From: a virus
Lineage: Duplodnaviria; Caudoviricetes
DNA length: 64,000 nt
Virus record (IMG/VR): IMGVR_UViG_3300032295_003763
Span: 32,001-96,000 of that record
Direction: 5' to 3' (one strand)
The translations under genes were made by a program, and so were the position numbers. The notes under the pieces are model-generated. The model was given only the letters and a program-made list of their open reading frames with translations, was not told where the DNA came from and searched no databases. This document shows positions 37,572-47,059 of the stretch, one piece after another; the stretch's first letter is position 1, and each line of letters opens with the position of its first letter.

Positions 37572-38504
37572 TTAATAACCAAAGTTTTTCAGATTATCTG
37601 GATTGAAAGATGTGGTAGATGCATCAACACTAACTCTCCTAGTCTTAGTAATTGTGCCTTTAGGTTTAGAAACCACTGATACCTCAGTATCGGCTTTCTT
37701 ATCATCGGATTTTACATCTTCAATTATATTTTCTGATATTACTTCAGCCAATCCTTCTACATAGTATTTATATGCAAGTAAAGAAATATCTCTGATGATA
37801 TAATTCCCTATGTTATTTTTATCAAATGAAGAAATAGAACTTTTTGAAATTTTAAAACCAGGTGTATCGGAATAACCTGTCAATATTTCTGGCGATATTC
37901 CTAATTTAGGATCAAAATCCCTCGAAGTCAATGCGGATTTGAGGTCTTGAATGAATTTAGTTTTATTACTAATTTTTTCAAAAACATCTCTTTGTGAACT
38001 GTTTAATTTATCAAATATTCCTTTAGATTTTAATAAATCTACTAATTTATTTTCAGAAAGTAATTTAACAACATTTGAAGGATTTTTCAAATTTTCACTA
38101 GCAGATGCCATCACATAACTTTCACTACCTATATTTGGAATAGATATTGAATCTAATATATTTTTATCAGTTCTATATTCATTCTCCAATTCCTTTAAAA
38201 CACTAGCAGGGAAATCAGTATAATTTGGATTAGTATATTTTTCAATCTTTTTCCACATTGGATTAAATACATCTTTAGCCTTAAAATTCGTAGTTCCATT
38301 TTCTGGCGTAATAATCGTATTTAAGTCCGTATTAGCTGTACCTAAGATTCTTTTAACCAATTTATTATACATTTCAGAATGCACATATTCCATCAAGGTT
38401 TTATCTGTATAAACAGATTCATTTACATTATCAATATTATATTCTGAATTTGAATTATTTTCAGAAATAAATTGACTATAATTTAATATTTTTGACATAT
38501 TCAT
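37572..38504 (-). CDS. Putative internal virion protein
   Basis: Leader SKILNYSQFISE...VNE|S; no PG-binding domain seen. Confidence 0.7.
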   Translation of the reverse strand: MNMSKILNYSQFISENNSNSEYNIDNVNESVYTDKTLMEYVHSEMYNKLVKRILGTANTDLNTIITPENGTTNFKAKDVFNPMWKKIEKYTNPNYTDFPASVLKELENEYRTDKNILDSISIPNIGSESYVMASASENLKNPSNVVKLLSENKLVDLLKSKGIFDKLNSSQRDVFEKISNKTKFIQDLKSALTSRDFDPKLGISPEILTGYSDTPGFKISKSSISSFDKNNIGNYIIRDISLLAYKYYVEGLAEVISENIIEDVKSDDKKADTEVSVVSKPKGTITKTRRVSVDASTTSFNPDNLKNFGY

Positions 38505-38508
38505 CTAT

Positions 38509-40029
38509 TTATTTTACAGAAGACACATTATTAGGATTTGTATCCATAAAGCTTGTACTACCTACATTAGACAATGGACCCTGTGCATATTTTTGTTTTA
38601 GTGCTTGCACATAACCATTAATAAGAGCTTTAGTCTCTCTTCCAATTTTACCATCTTGTAATTTAGCACCAGCTTTCATTTGGAAATCCTTTACCCCACG
38701 CTCTGTTATAGTATCAAATACTTCAGAATTCAATTTACTCTTTTCAACATTACCAGAATAAATCAATAAGTTGTTAATCAATTTAACAACCTCTGGGTTC
38801 ATTTTTCTTGATCCAACTTTATAAACAAGTCTATCGGTTGTAAAAAATCCAAGATTTTCTAATTTTTCTACAATCTCTGCTTGTGCCATAGCTTTATTTC
38901 TAAGAATATTAAACTTCTTTTCACCCGCTTCCTTTTTAATTGTTTCTTCTTTCTTTACTACTAAACTTTCAACTTCTAAATTCAAGTTTATAAGTTTCAA
39001 AGAAACTAAAGAAACCACACACATATACATTACCTGCATAGATGGAGTAAAGATATTCTTTGTATCTTCATCTGGGCTTTGCAAAAACACTCTCTTTAAA
39101 AGAATTGAACTAACTTCATTTAACAATTCACCCATAGGTTCAAATACACCAGAATCTATTGAAGGTATAAATTGTTTCATAGCCATAATTGCATCAGGCC
39201 CAACTACTCCGCTAGTAAGATTTATTGAAGTATAATTCTTTCCAAATTTAGTTGAAAGCTGTTGACCATAAGGATACATGTTTATAACCATTTCATAAAA
39301 GCCTGCTAAACGGTCATATAAATCTACAGATTTAATAAGTTCATTAGGTTCTAACAAAGATCCAACTAAAAGTTTAGGATTAGATTGTATTGTATCTGAT
39401 TCAATCTCTTCTAGTTCCATACCGTCTACAACTGTATACAATCCTTTCAGACCAACAGTTGATGCTGACTGTTCTAAACTAGTCAAAGTTTGTTTAATTA
39501 TACTAGATATATCTAAATTATACAATGAAATAAAACTTTGCTTCAACGCTTCTGATTTAAAATCTATTGTAGTAGATTTCATAAAATTCTTTACAGCTTC
39601 ATCAATTTTAGGTATAACTGATGATATTCCACTAGGACTTGTAATTTCTGAAATCTTTTTCTGTCTTTCACCATAACTAGTTTTAGTAGCATCAATTACA
39701 GCCTGAAAACCAGCTGATAAGTCCTTTTCTATGAAGAGGATTCTAGTATCCATATAACTGATTTGAGATCTAATTAATTCAAATGCACTCGTATTAGATG
39801 CCTTATCTTTCCCCATAACTGGAGCCAATGATGGCATATTAGATTTAATAAATGTATGGATCGCATCAGATTTTTCTAAATCCAAACCTTCAAATAGTTT
39901 GTCGATCGTCAATTCAGACAATCTAAATTTAGCATCTTGATCAAATAGACCGAACCAGTCAGATGAAATAAAATTACTTTCATTCAATCTGAATTGATCA
40001 TGGTTATTATAAAAGTTTTTAAAAAGCAT
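38509..40029 (-). CDS. Putative internal virion protein with hydrophobic helix and C-terminal PG_binding_1 domain
   Basis: FDTITERGVKDFQ...QDGKIGRET; hydrophobic PSMQVMYMCVVSLVSL; leader ...FRLNE|S. Confidence 0.78.
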   Translation of the reverse strand: MLFKNFYNNHDQFRLNESNFISSDWFGLFDQDAKFRLSELTIDKLFEGLDLEKSDAIHTFIKSNMPSLAPVMGKDKASNTSAFELIRSQISYMDTRILFIEKDLSAGFQAVIDATKTSYGERQKKISEITSPSGISSVIPKIDEAVKNFMKSTTIDFKSEALKQSFISLYNLDISSIIKQTLTSLEQSASTVGLKGLYTVVDGMELEEIESDTIQSNPKLLVGSLLEPNELIKSVDLYDRLAGFYEMVINMYPYGQQLSTKFGKNYTSINLTSGVVGPDAIMAMKQFIPSIDSGVFEPMGELLNEVSSILLKRVFLQSPDEDTKNIFTPSMQVMYMCVVSLVSLKLINLNLEVESLVVKKEETIKKEAGEKKFNILRNKAMAQAEIVEKLENLGFFTTDRLVYKVGSRKMNPEVVKLINNLLIYSGNVEKSKLNSEVFDTITERGVKDFQMKAGAKLQDGKIGRETKALINGYVQALKQKYAQGPLSNVGSTSFMDTNPNNVSSVK

Positions 40030-40064
40030 TGTTTTATAATTATTTTGTTCTTCTATATATCTGT

Positions 40065-40127
40065 ATAATAAAACTAGATATGCTCAATAAAGCAAAAAAC
40101 TTCATTGAGCATATTTTAGTTTATTAT
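40065..40127 (-). terminator. Long imperfect hairpin (probable terminator) followed by a late motif
   Basis: aaactagatatgctcaat...attgagcatattttagttt inverted repeat; GATATATA at 40054-40061. Confidence 0.6.
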
Positions 40128-40288
40128 TATTCTTCTAACAACTTATAAACTTCTGTGAAATCAAAGTTATTACCATCTTTTAGAATAGTAAAACTCATTT
40201 CTTTTTTATCTTCTTCGAAAAGAATAGAGTTACTTTCGTTTATTGTGTCATTTGAAAGAAAATCATTGAATTTTAATATTTTCATCAT
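40127..40288 (-). CDS. Small 53-aa protein missing from the ORF track, with capsid-targeting-like leader
   Basis: Hand translation MMKILKFNDFLSNDTINESNSILFEEDKKEMSFTILKDGNNFDFTEVYKLLEE*; fills the gap in the operon. Confidence 0.75.
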   Translation of the reverse strand: MMKILKFNDFLSNDTINESNSILFEEDKKEMSFTILKDGNNFDFTEVYKLLEE

Positions 40289-40300
40289 GTTTTATTATTT

Positions 40301-41719
40301 TTAAGCTTTATTATCACTTGTAGTATCTACACCCTTAACTGCCACTTTATCTTCTTCTGATTTACCTTCCATTCTAGTTTTTAAATCTTCTACAAAAGTA
40401 GATATTGATAATTTTGTATTTTTACCTATTCTTCCATCAGATTTTAAACCTTGTCCGTTAATCTTAATTTTCGATTGGAAAGTTTTTACAGCTTCACCTA
40501 ATATATCCGCATCGAAAGTACCTCTATTGATATAACTTGATGATTTAGGTAAAAGACCCATTTCGCTGAAAAGTTTTTTCAAAGAAACGATCATATCCTG
40601 CTCAATCTTAGAAAATTTCTTTTTTTCATAAAAAATCTTTTCACTTTCAAAGAATCCAAGCTTTTCGAGTTCACCATACGAATCTAAAATACCTTTAGCT
40701 TTAGCTTGTACTTTTTCGGATAAAATAGATTTTTTCTCTTCTTTCTTCTCTTCACCCTTAACTGATTCTACTTCTGTTGAAGCAATAGCCTTTAATACCA
40801 TAACTGTAGTTAAAGAAATGAATAGTGCTTGCAAAGAAGGAATAGTGATATTCTTCTTATATTCAGCACCCAATAAACCATATTGTTCTTCTACAATTTC
40901 TTTACAGATAGAATTCAAAAATTCTTTAAAATCATCTATCTTTGAAGGAATAATCTTATTCTTTAAATCAGCTGAAATAGAAATAGAACCTACAATTGAT
41001 TCTAAATAATCATAAGGATTATTATTATATGATATAAATTTCAATCCATCGATATTCATTGATTTTAATACCATTTCTAATAACATAGAAACTCTTACAA
41101 TAGGATTCTTACCCATAATATTCTTTTCTATAGTAGAATCAATATCAGTTTCTTTTAACCACAGGAAAGAATCTAAAGCAAATGAATCAGGTTCAATCTC
41201 TTTCAAACCCATATCATCTACCTTTTGATACACGGAATCCTTTAATCCAGTTTGATTTCCTTGAATATTTGCCGTTAAAGCTTTAAAAAAGATTTCTAAA
41301 ATTGTATCTTGACCCTTTAAAGATCTAACATTAGAAACAAGTTTTTTAATATCTTGTTTATTTTCTTTTAAAAATTCAGAAACTTTTTCTACAATATCCT
41401 TTTCAGCTTTCTTTACTGCTTCTTTAACATAATTCAATTGTTCTTCAACAATTCTGTCAGCAGTTGTATCTTCAGCTGTACTTTCATTAAAGAGATCTTT
41501 AGCTACTGGTAAATTTCCAGATAGCTTTGTATAAGTTTCAGAATCAGTGTCGATTTCCAAGCCTCTTAAAAGATGGTAAATACTAAGTTCTTTTAAGTAT
41601 GGTTTAGCACTTGTTCTAAAAAGTCCGCCTGAAAAACTTTCGTTAATGAAAACAGTTTTGGATTTCAAAGCTTGTTTCAATTCATCTACTCGTTTTTGGT
41701 AAAAATTTTCGTCAATCAT
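40301..41719 (-). CDS. Putative internal virion protein with hydrophobic helix and C-terminal PG_binding_1 domain
   Basis: GTFDADILGEAVKTFQ...LKSDGRIGKNT; hydrophobic PSLQALFISLTTVMVLKAIA; VFINE|S. Confidence 0.78.
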   Translation of the reverse strand: MIDENFYQKRVDELKQALKSKTVFINESFSGGLFRTSAKPYLKELSIYHLLRGLEIDTDSETYTKLSGNLPVAKDLFNESTAEDTTADRIVEEQLNYVKEAVKKAEKDIVEKVSEFLKENKQDIKKLVSNVRSLKGQDTILEIFFKALTANIQGNQTGLKDSVYQKVDDMGLKEIEPDSFALDSFLWLKETDIDSTIEKNIMGKNPIVRVSMLLEMVLKSMNIDGLKFISYNNNPYDYLESIVGSISISADLKNKIIPSKIDDFKEFLNSICKEIVEEQYGLLGAEYKKNITIPSLQALFISLTTVMVLKAIASTEVESVKGEEKKEEKKSILSEKVQAKAKGILDSYGELEKLGFFESEKIFYEKKKFSKIEQDMIVSLKKLFSEMGLLPKSSSYINRGTFDADILGEAVKTFQSKIKINGQGLKSDGRIGKNTKLSISTFVEDLKTRMEGKSEEDKVAVKGVDTTSDNKA

Positions 41720-41734
41720 ATAATTTAGGTTTTT

Positions 41735-43828
41735 TTATCTATTTGCTAATGCCGCTTGCATTTGTTGTATATATCCCTGTGTCTGCTGTCTTTTTTGATA
41801 TTCTTCCTTAGAAATTGTACCCTCTAAGGAACTTTTAACTACTCCCGACAAATATTCTATCTGTTTAGCAATATAGTTAAGTGTTGGAAGATCAGCTTTA
41901 CCATTTATTTCTATTTCTGTACTTGTAGGTTTTGCATTCGTTTGGATAGAAGCTACAATTTTAGCCATCTCTTCATCATATTTACCATCAGCTTCGCCTG
42001 AATATATTCCAAGTTTTTTAAGACCCATTTGCAACATTTTAACATCCTCACCTTCATCACCGATCTGTATATACTTTCTTTCTTGACCTGTGCTATCCTT
42101 TCTGTTTGTAATACCAACAGGTTTATCGAGATTTTTACTATCTGCTGTTAAAGGTATTTTACCTTGATAGAACTCTTTTTCAAACACATGGAAAGCTGAT
42201 GAATAAGCAGATACTAGTCCCATTGTGACTAATCCTAGAGATGGGAGTTCATCATGATTCTCCCATTCCCGTTCTAAGCTATTCACAAAACTCATTGATG
42301 CGGTAGAATTTGCTTTAATATAATATGGAAAAGCTTCGCTATCTATTTGTTGTATACATTTTTGATAATCAGAATCTGACATGATTTTAGAATTATTCAA
42401 ACTAGTACACCATGCTTTAATTTTATCGGTAATATCTTGTGACTCTAATGATTTTTTAAAGCTTTCTCCAATTTCATCGAATGTAAAGAATGGTTCTAAT
42501 TTTTGATTTGCTAAATCCTTTTCAAAAACGGAAACTAATTCTCTCACTGGTTCTTTCGTAGTATCACTATCTGATTTTTCAAACCATTTTGCAATCCAAT
42601 ATATTCCATAAGCCATTCCTCCAAATTTTAATATACCCCAAGCAGCCGCTGGTATTTTAAAAATAAATCCACCTAAAGTAAATACATTAACTATAGCCTT
42701 AATGCTATCAGTTAAACCCTTTCTTAAATTTGTAAAGAATTTCCACAGACCTTTACCACCCCTGCCATCTGTTGTTTTGGTTTTTTTATTTTTTAAATTT
42801 TCACGGAATTTATCCCAAAATCCTTTCGCCTTTTCTCCCTCATTAGAATTAGCTGTAGGCATGCTTGGATCAGCTTTAGGTGTTGCATCTACATTTGGCG
42901 GTGAATCTACATCTGGAGTTTTTGTAGATGGCTTACCTTGTGTGTGAGTTGGATCAACATTACCAAGATTTATATTATCCGCATCTTGTTTAATTTTAGT
43001 TGTCGTATCCTTCAAAGCATCCTGTGCATCTTTAGGTGCTTTGCCTATATTCTCTGCAACATCATCAGCTGCGTTGGCGATTTTTTTTGCAGCATCATCA
43101 ACAGAACTAGATGGGGTATAATGCATACTATAAGTAAACGCTTTACCTGTTGATTGTGCAGCCCTCGCTGCATCATCAGAAGCTTTAGCAGCACCACCAA
43201 GTCCCTCACCACCTTTAAATAATTTACCTATTGCTTTTGTAAATGCTTCAAATCTCGATTCATTTACATATTCATACGATTCAGATGTATTTTGCCCTTT
43301 AGGTTCGATGACCGCTGTATTTAATGATTGAACTAATTGATTTACTGGTTCTTTAGATAGATACCAATTCACTAAAGAATTTCTAATTATAGTTCCTAAA
43401 GTAATTGGATTACTATTAAGAATTTTAGAAGTTTCTTCATCTATACCTTCTGAATTAAATTTTAAATCAGAATTAGCAGATGAATTTAAAATATTAGCAA
43501 TATTAGCAACATAATATTTAGCAGCAACTTCCAACATTAATGAATCTTTCTTAAGAGGTTCTGCAAAATCTAATTGTTCAGCTCTATCCTCATCCATTAT
43601 ACCCATAAGTTGAGCATAAATATTTGCTGGTATATTACCAATAGGAGTATTATAAAGTTTCTTAATATTCTCATCTATTTCTATACCCTCAGACCCAGGA
43701 ATACTTAAAAGAGGTTTTCCATATTCGGTAGCAAATTCAGAAGCAGGCTTAACTATCTTCTCATCGATCCATGATGGTAGACCTTCTTCATTTAACTTGT
43801 TTTCATATTCATTAAATCTCTTAATCAT
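41735..43828 (-). CDS. Putative internal virion protein with Gly/Ala-rich region, transmembrane hairpin and PG_binding_1 domain
   Basis: IQIGDEGEDVKMLQMGLKKLG...ADGKYD; hydrophobic AIVNVFTLGGFIFKIPAAAWGILKFGGMAYGIYWIA; leader MIKRFNEYENKLNE. Confidence 0.8.
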   Translation of the reverse strand: MIKRFNEYENKLNEEGLPSWIDEKIVKPASEFATEYGKPLLSIPGSEGIEIDENIKKLYNTPIGNIPANIYAQLMGIMDEDRAEQLDFAEPLKKDSLMLEVAAKYYVANIANILNSSANSDLKFNSEGIDEETSKILNSNPITLGTIIRNSLVNWYLSKEPVNQLVQSLNTAVIEPKGQNTSESYEYVNESRFEAFTKAIGKLFKGGEGLGGAAKASDDAARAAQSTGKAFTYSMHYTPSSSVDDAAKKIANAADDVAENIGKAPKDAQDALKDTTTKIKQDADNINLGNVDPTHTQGKPSTKTPDVDSPPNVDATPKADPSMPTANSNEGEKAKGFWDKFRENLKNKKTKTTDGRGGKGLWKFFTNLRKGLTDSIKAIVNVFTLGGFIFKIPAAAWGILKFGGMAYGIYWIAKWFEKSDSDTTKEPVRELVSVFEKDLANQKLEPFFTFDEIGESFKKSLESQDITDKIKAWCTSLNNSKIMSDSDYQKCIQQIDSEAFPYYIKANSTASMSFVNSLEREWENHDELPSLGLVTMGLVSAYSSAFHVFEKEFYQGKIPLTADSKNLDKPVGITNRKDSTGQERKYIQIGDEGEDVKMLQMGLKKLGIYSGEADGKYDEEMAKIVASIQTNAKPTSTEIEINGKADLPTLNYIAKQIEYLSGVVKSSLEGTISKEEYQKRQQTQGYIQQMQAALANR

Positions 43829-43837
43829 TAGATTTTC

Positions 43838-45058
43838 TTAATTTTGAGTCGCTACATCTTCTTCAGAGAAATCACTAATCAAATCATATATGACTTCCCC
43901 CAATATCCAAAATGCATAAATATTTAAAAGAAACATCACAATAGGTCCTGAACCTGGGATTATAATGTTAGATATAGATGCTATAATTGTATCTATAAGA
44001 ATATACTTTCCAAAATCTGATAAAGCATTTATTAAAATAGCAAATGTAGGCCCTAACATTTCAAATTTAAAAGGTCCATTTATCCCAAAATGTTCAGTTA
44101 AGAATTTTGAAGAATATTCAAGTGCTTCATTTCCATTTGCTTTAATATATTCTGAAAATTCCTTTATCCAACTAAATGGTGGCAAATTGTCTAATTTTTG
44201 TATACACCATTTATAAAAATCATCAATCATCTGTATAGATTCATCTAATCTTCTCATATCTTTAAAATTAGGAATCTTAATACTAATTAGATTTAATTTA
44301 GAATGATTATTTACATCTATTGCATTTTCTTTTATTGCATCTGGTATAAATGTTAATAAGTGTTCTTTAATGTTATTTTGAATTGAATTAACATTATCTG
44401 ATTCATTAACAACTTTATTAATAGACATAGTAACCTTTGAAGCAAAAACATCACCCTCGATAATTTTCCCGATGGATTCGACAAACATATTGCTCAATTG
44501 ACCTGTTTCTTTTGTTAATGATTCCCAAATAAATGCATTTTTATCAAACACATCTTCATTTAAAGATTCTTTAATTGAGTTAATCTGTTGATTTATGGAT
44601 ATAGTCATTTGTCTCTTTAGTGATCTATTCCCCGCAAACCATTTATTAGTTTCTATTTTTACACTGTCCCATGCAGTTTGTATACCTTCCATGATTTTAT
44701 CAACCACAGAGCTTATAGCTGACATTAAATTAGTCCCTAATTCAACTACCCAGTTAATAGCACCCTTCACAGCTTTCTTTGAAGGTTCTATAATATTTTT
44801 TTGAATAAAGTTTATAGCATCAGAATACAAATCTTCTTTCAATAATCCCCATTGATCGATTGATAATTGTCTTTCTGATATAAATTCCAAAACAAGCTTT
44901 TGCTCTCTTTCTAAATAAATATCTTCATTTCCCAATATACTTTCAGCTATCGGGATATATGAATTATTTTTAAAACCAAAATTATGCAATCTTTGGGATT
45001 GAAGATATTGGTCAAAATTTAATATAGTTTCTCTTTTAGGTATTTGCATAGACATCAA
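43838..45058 (-). CDS. Putative internal virion protein with C-terminal hydrophobic helices
   Basis: ILNFDQYL leader; amphipathic WVVELGTNLMSAISSVVDKIMEGIQTAW; C-terminal hydrophobic hairpin IIASISNIIIPGSGPIVMFLLNIYAFWIL. Confidence 0.7.
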   Translation of the reverse strand: MMSMQIPKRETILNFDQYLQSQRLHNFGFKNNSYIPIAESILGNEDIYLEREQKLVLEFISERQLSIDQWGLLKEDLYSDAINFIQKNIIEPSKKAVKGAINWVVELGTNLMSAISSVVDKIMEGIQTAWDSVKIETNKWFAGNRSLKRQMTISINQQINSIKESLNEDVFDKNAFIWESLTKETGQLSNMFVESIGKIIEGDVFASKVTMSINKVVNESDNVNSIQNNIKEHLLTFIPDAIKENAIDVNNHSKLNLISIKIPNFKDMRRLDESIQMIDDFYKWCIQKLDNLPPFSWIKEFSEYIKANGNEALEYSSKFLTEHFGINGPFKFEMLGPTFAILINALSDFGKYILIDTIIASISNIIIPGSGPIVMFLLNIYAFWILGEVIYDLISDFSEEDVATQN

Positions 45059-45119
45059 TAATTTATAGTTCTATATATCTTTTTTCAAACATGTGCTTTC
45101 AAGTTATTACCAACGATAT

Positions 45120-46097
45120 TTATCCCTGCCAACGAGATCTACTACTACCAACAGTATCTCTTACATCAACATGAACGAAGTTTGGATAAATCCCTAAACC
45201 ACCTTGATGGAACGAATCAACATAATTATAAAGTTCACTAGGTGTAACACCTGATATCGTTATATCTGCTGCGTTACCAAACATATGTTGAGATCTTGTA
45301 GCTACGCCTTTACTTTTACTTCTACTACGCAATCCAGCATTATATGATGGGGTTCTATATCCTGAATTTATGTTAATATCTTTTCCAAAATGTTCTCTTA
45401 TCTTCTCAAGTAATTCTATCAAATAAGGATTTATTAAAATTACATCAGATCCGTCTTTACAAGCAAATTCAGATACTTTGAAATTAGGAGAAAGGTTTTT
45501 ATCACCATCTTTACTGTTGCTATATTGTATAGATTTAGAAATGTATTGTTCAAATTCACTCGAAGGGTAATCAACACCTCTATTTACACCCTCACCCTTT
45601 GTAACCGAAGAAGCTGGTATTTGTATCTTCAAGTCTGGTGTTGGGGTGACAACAGCAGGTATTTTAGGTTCTTTAAGAACACCTTTTGTATCTTCTTCAC
45701 CTTCTTTAGATTCAAATTCCAATAAAAATTTTATGAATGACAATGGAATTTGATTTTCAATCTGTATAGGTAAATTAAAATCTTTAGATATAGTTTTAGC
45801 TGCATCTAAAGTTACTTGATCTAAAAGTCCATCTGCACTATGATTCTTGAGGTATCCTAATCCAATCAAAATAGATTGTAGAACTGAAATGTCTTGACTT
45901 CTATCATTTACATTTAAGACCTTTAAACCATCTATAAGCTCTTGTGAGAAATATTCTCTAGTTATCTCTTTAATTAGGTCACTCTTCTCTTTTTTATCAG
46001 ATTTACTTGTAATTAAACCAATAGCTTCTTGTGCATTTTGAATTTGTACTTCGTTTAAAACAAATTCACCAAAGCTGTATATTTTCTTTCTATTCAT
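45120..46097 (-). CDS. PG-binding domain + M15A-type (Peptidase_M15_3) Zn peptidase
   Basis: VLQSILIGLGYL..ADG; SPNF.VSEFACKDG, INSGYR, SQHMFGNAADI, FVHVDVR; leader IYSFGEFVLNE. Confidence 0.9.
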   Translation of the reverse strand: MNRKKIYSFGEFVLNEVQIQNAQEAIGLITSKSDKKEKSDLIKEITREYFSQELIDGLKVLNVNDRSQDISVLQSILIGLGYLKNHSADGLLDQVTLDAAKTISKDFNLPIQIENQIPLSFIKFLLEFESKEGEEDTKGVLKEPKIPAVVTPTPDLKIQIPASSVTKGEGVNRGVDYPSSEFEQYISKSIQYSNSKDGDKNLSPNFKVSEFACKDGSDVILINPYLIELLEKIREHFGKDININSGYRTPSYNAGLRSRSKSKGVATRSQHMFGNAADITISGVTPSELYNYVDSFHQGGLGIYPNFVHVDVRDTVGSSRSRWQG

Positions 46098-46102
46098 AAG
46101 TA

Positions 46103-47059
46103 TTAAGCTATCATATTTTGAGAATCTACTCTCGACAATTCAAAGTGCATACCGTCCTTTCTTCTATTAAAATGACCACCCCAAAAGAACCCAAGTTTTA
46201 GTGCCGCTGGGACTAATTCCCTAACACTACCCTTTTCACCAACAGCTGGGGGCATCTTACCTAAAGGATTACTACGTGTGTTAATGTCAAATGCTATACC
46301 GAAAGCATGAGGACTTAAAGTACTTTGAGTTCCCCTAATTACTCTAGGGACAAAGCATCCTGCCCAGTTTTCTATTTTGCTCAAAAGTCCAAGATTTTCC
46401 CATTCTTGCCAAAGTGCAAGTATTGGTTTTGCAGCAAGTCTATGGCAACGAATTTTAGTGAGTTTAGGAGGATTTTGTATTTTAGACAATTGCGGTAAAT
46501 CTATTGTAATAATATTTTCTTTTACAAAATTATTTTGAACAGTAATATAATCACCTGATGCCTTTACCCATACAATTTTTCCGAATAAATTTTCCTTTTC
46601 AACTAAATTTAATGAATGTATATCAGTTGGTTTTGGTGGCCAGTTGTATTTACCATCTTTATACTTAGGATCATCGTATGAATCCTTTTTTTTATCAGTA
46701 GAAAATTCAAGCTCACTTGATTGATATGTTGTAAATAAATCTATAACTTCTTTAGATATAGGTTTATTCACATCTACTGATACATTAGACTTAGAAGCAA
46801 ATTTTTTAATAGCTTCCATAGTCGTTTGATCCAGTTGCCCACTCATTTGTGATGCTGACAAATACCCTAACCCTAATAATAAAACTTGAATTATTTTTAC
46901 ATCCTGTGTAGTTTCATTAAAATTAATATCAGAACTACCCTTTTGTAAGTTTGAAGATATAAATCCCTTACTAACCTGTTGAACAATTTCAGATTTTTCC
47001 TTTGAGCTTTTGGAATTCTTTAAAGAATCTATAATATCCCTAGGTGTCTCTAATTTCAT
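46103..47059 (-). CDS. PG-binding domain + M15C-type (Peptidase_M15_4) Zn peptidase
   Basis: IIQVLLLGLGYL...TMEAIKKF; R.IRG, LSPHAFGIAFDIN, FFWGG.F..KDGMHFE. Confidence 0.9.
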   Translation of the reverse strand: MKLETPRDIIDSLKNSKSSKEKSEIVQQVSKGFISSNLQKGSSDINFNETTQDVKIIQVLLLGLGYLSASQMSGQLDQTTMEAIKKFASKSNVSVDVNKPISKEVIDLFTTYQSSELEFSTDKKKDSYDDPKYKDGKYNWPPKPTDIHSLNLVEKENLFGKIVWVKASGDYITVQNNFVKENIITIDLPQLSKIQNPPKLTKIRCHRLAAKPILALWQEWENLGLLSKIENWAGCFVPRVIRGTQSTLSPHAFGIAFDINTRSNPLGKMPPAVGEKGSVRELVPAALKLGFFWGGHFNRRKDGMHFELSRVDSQNMIA

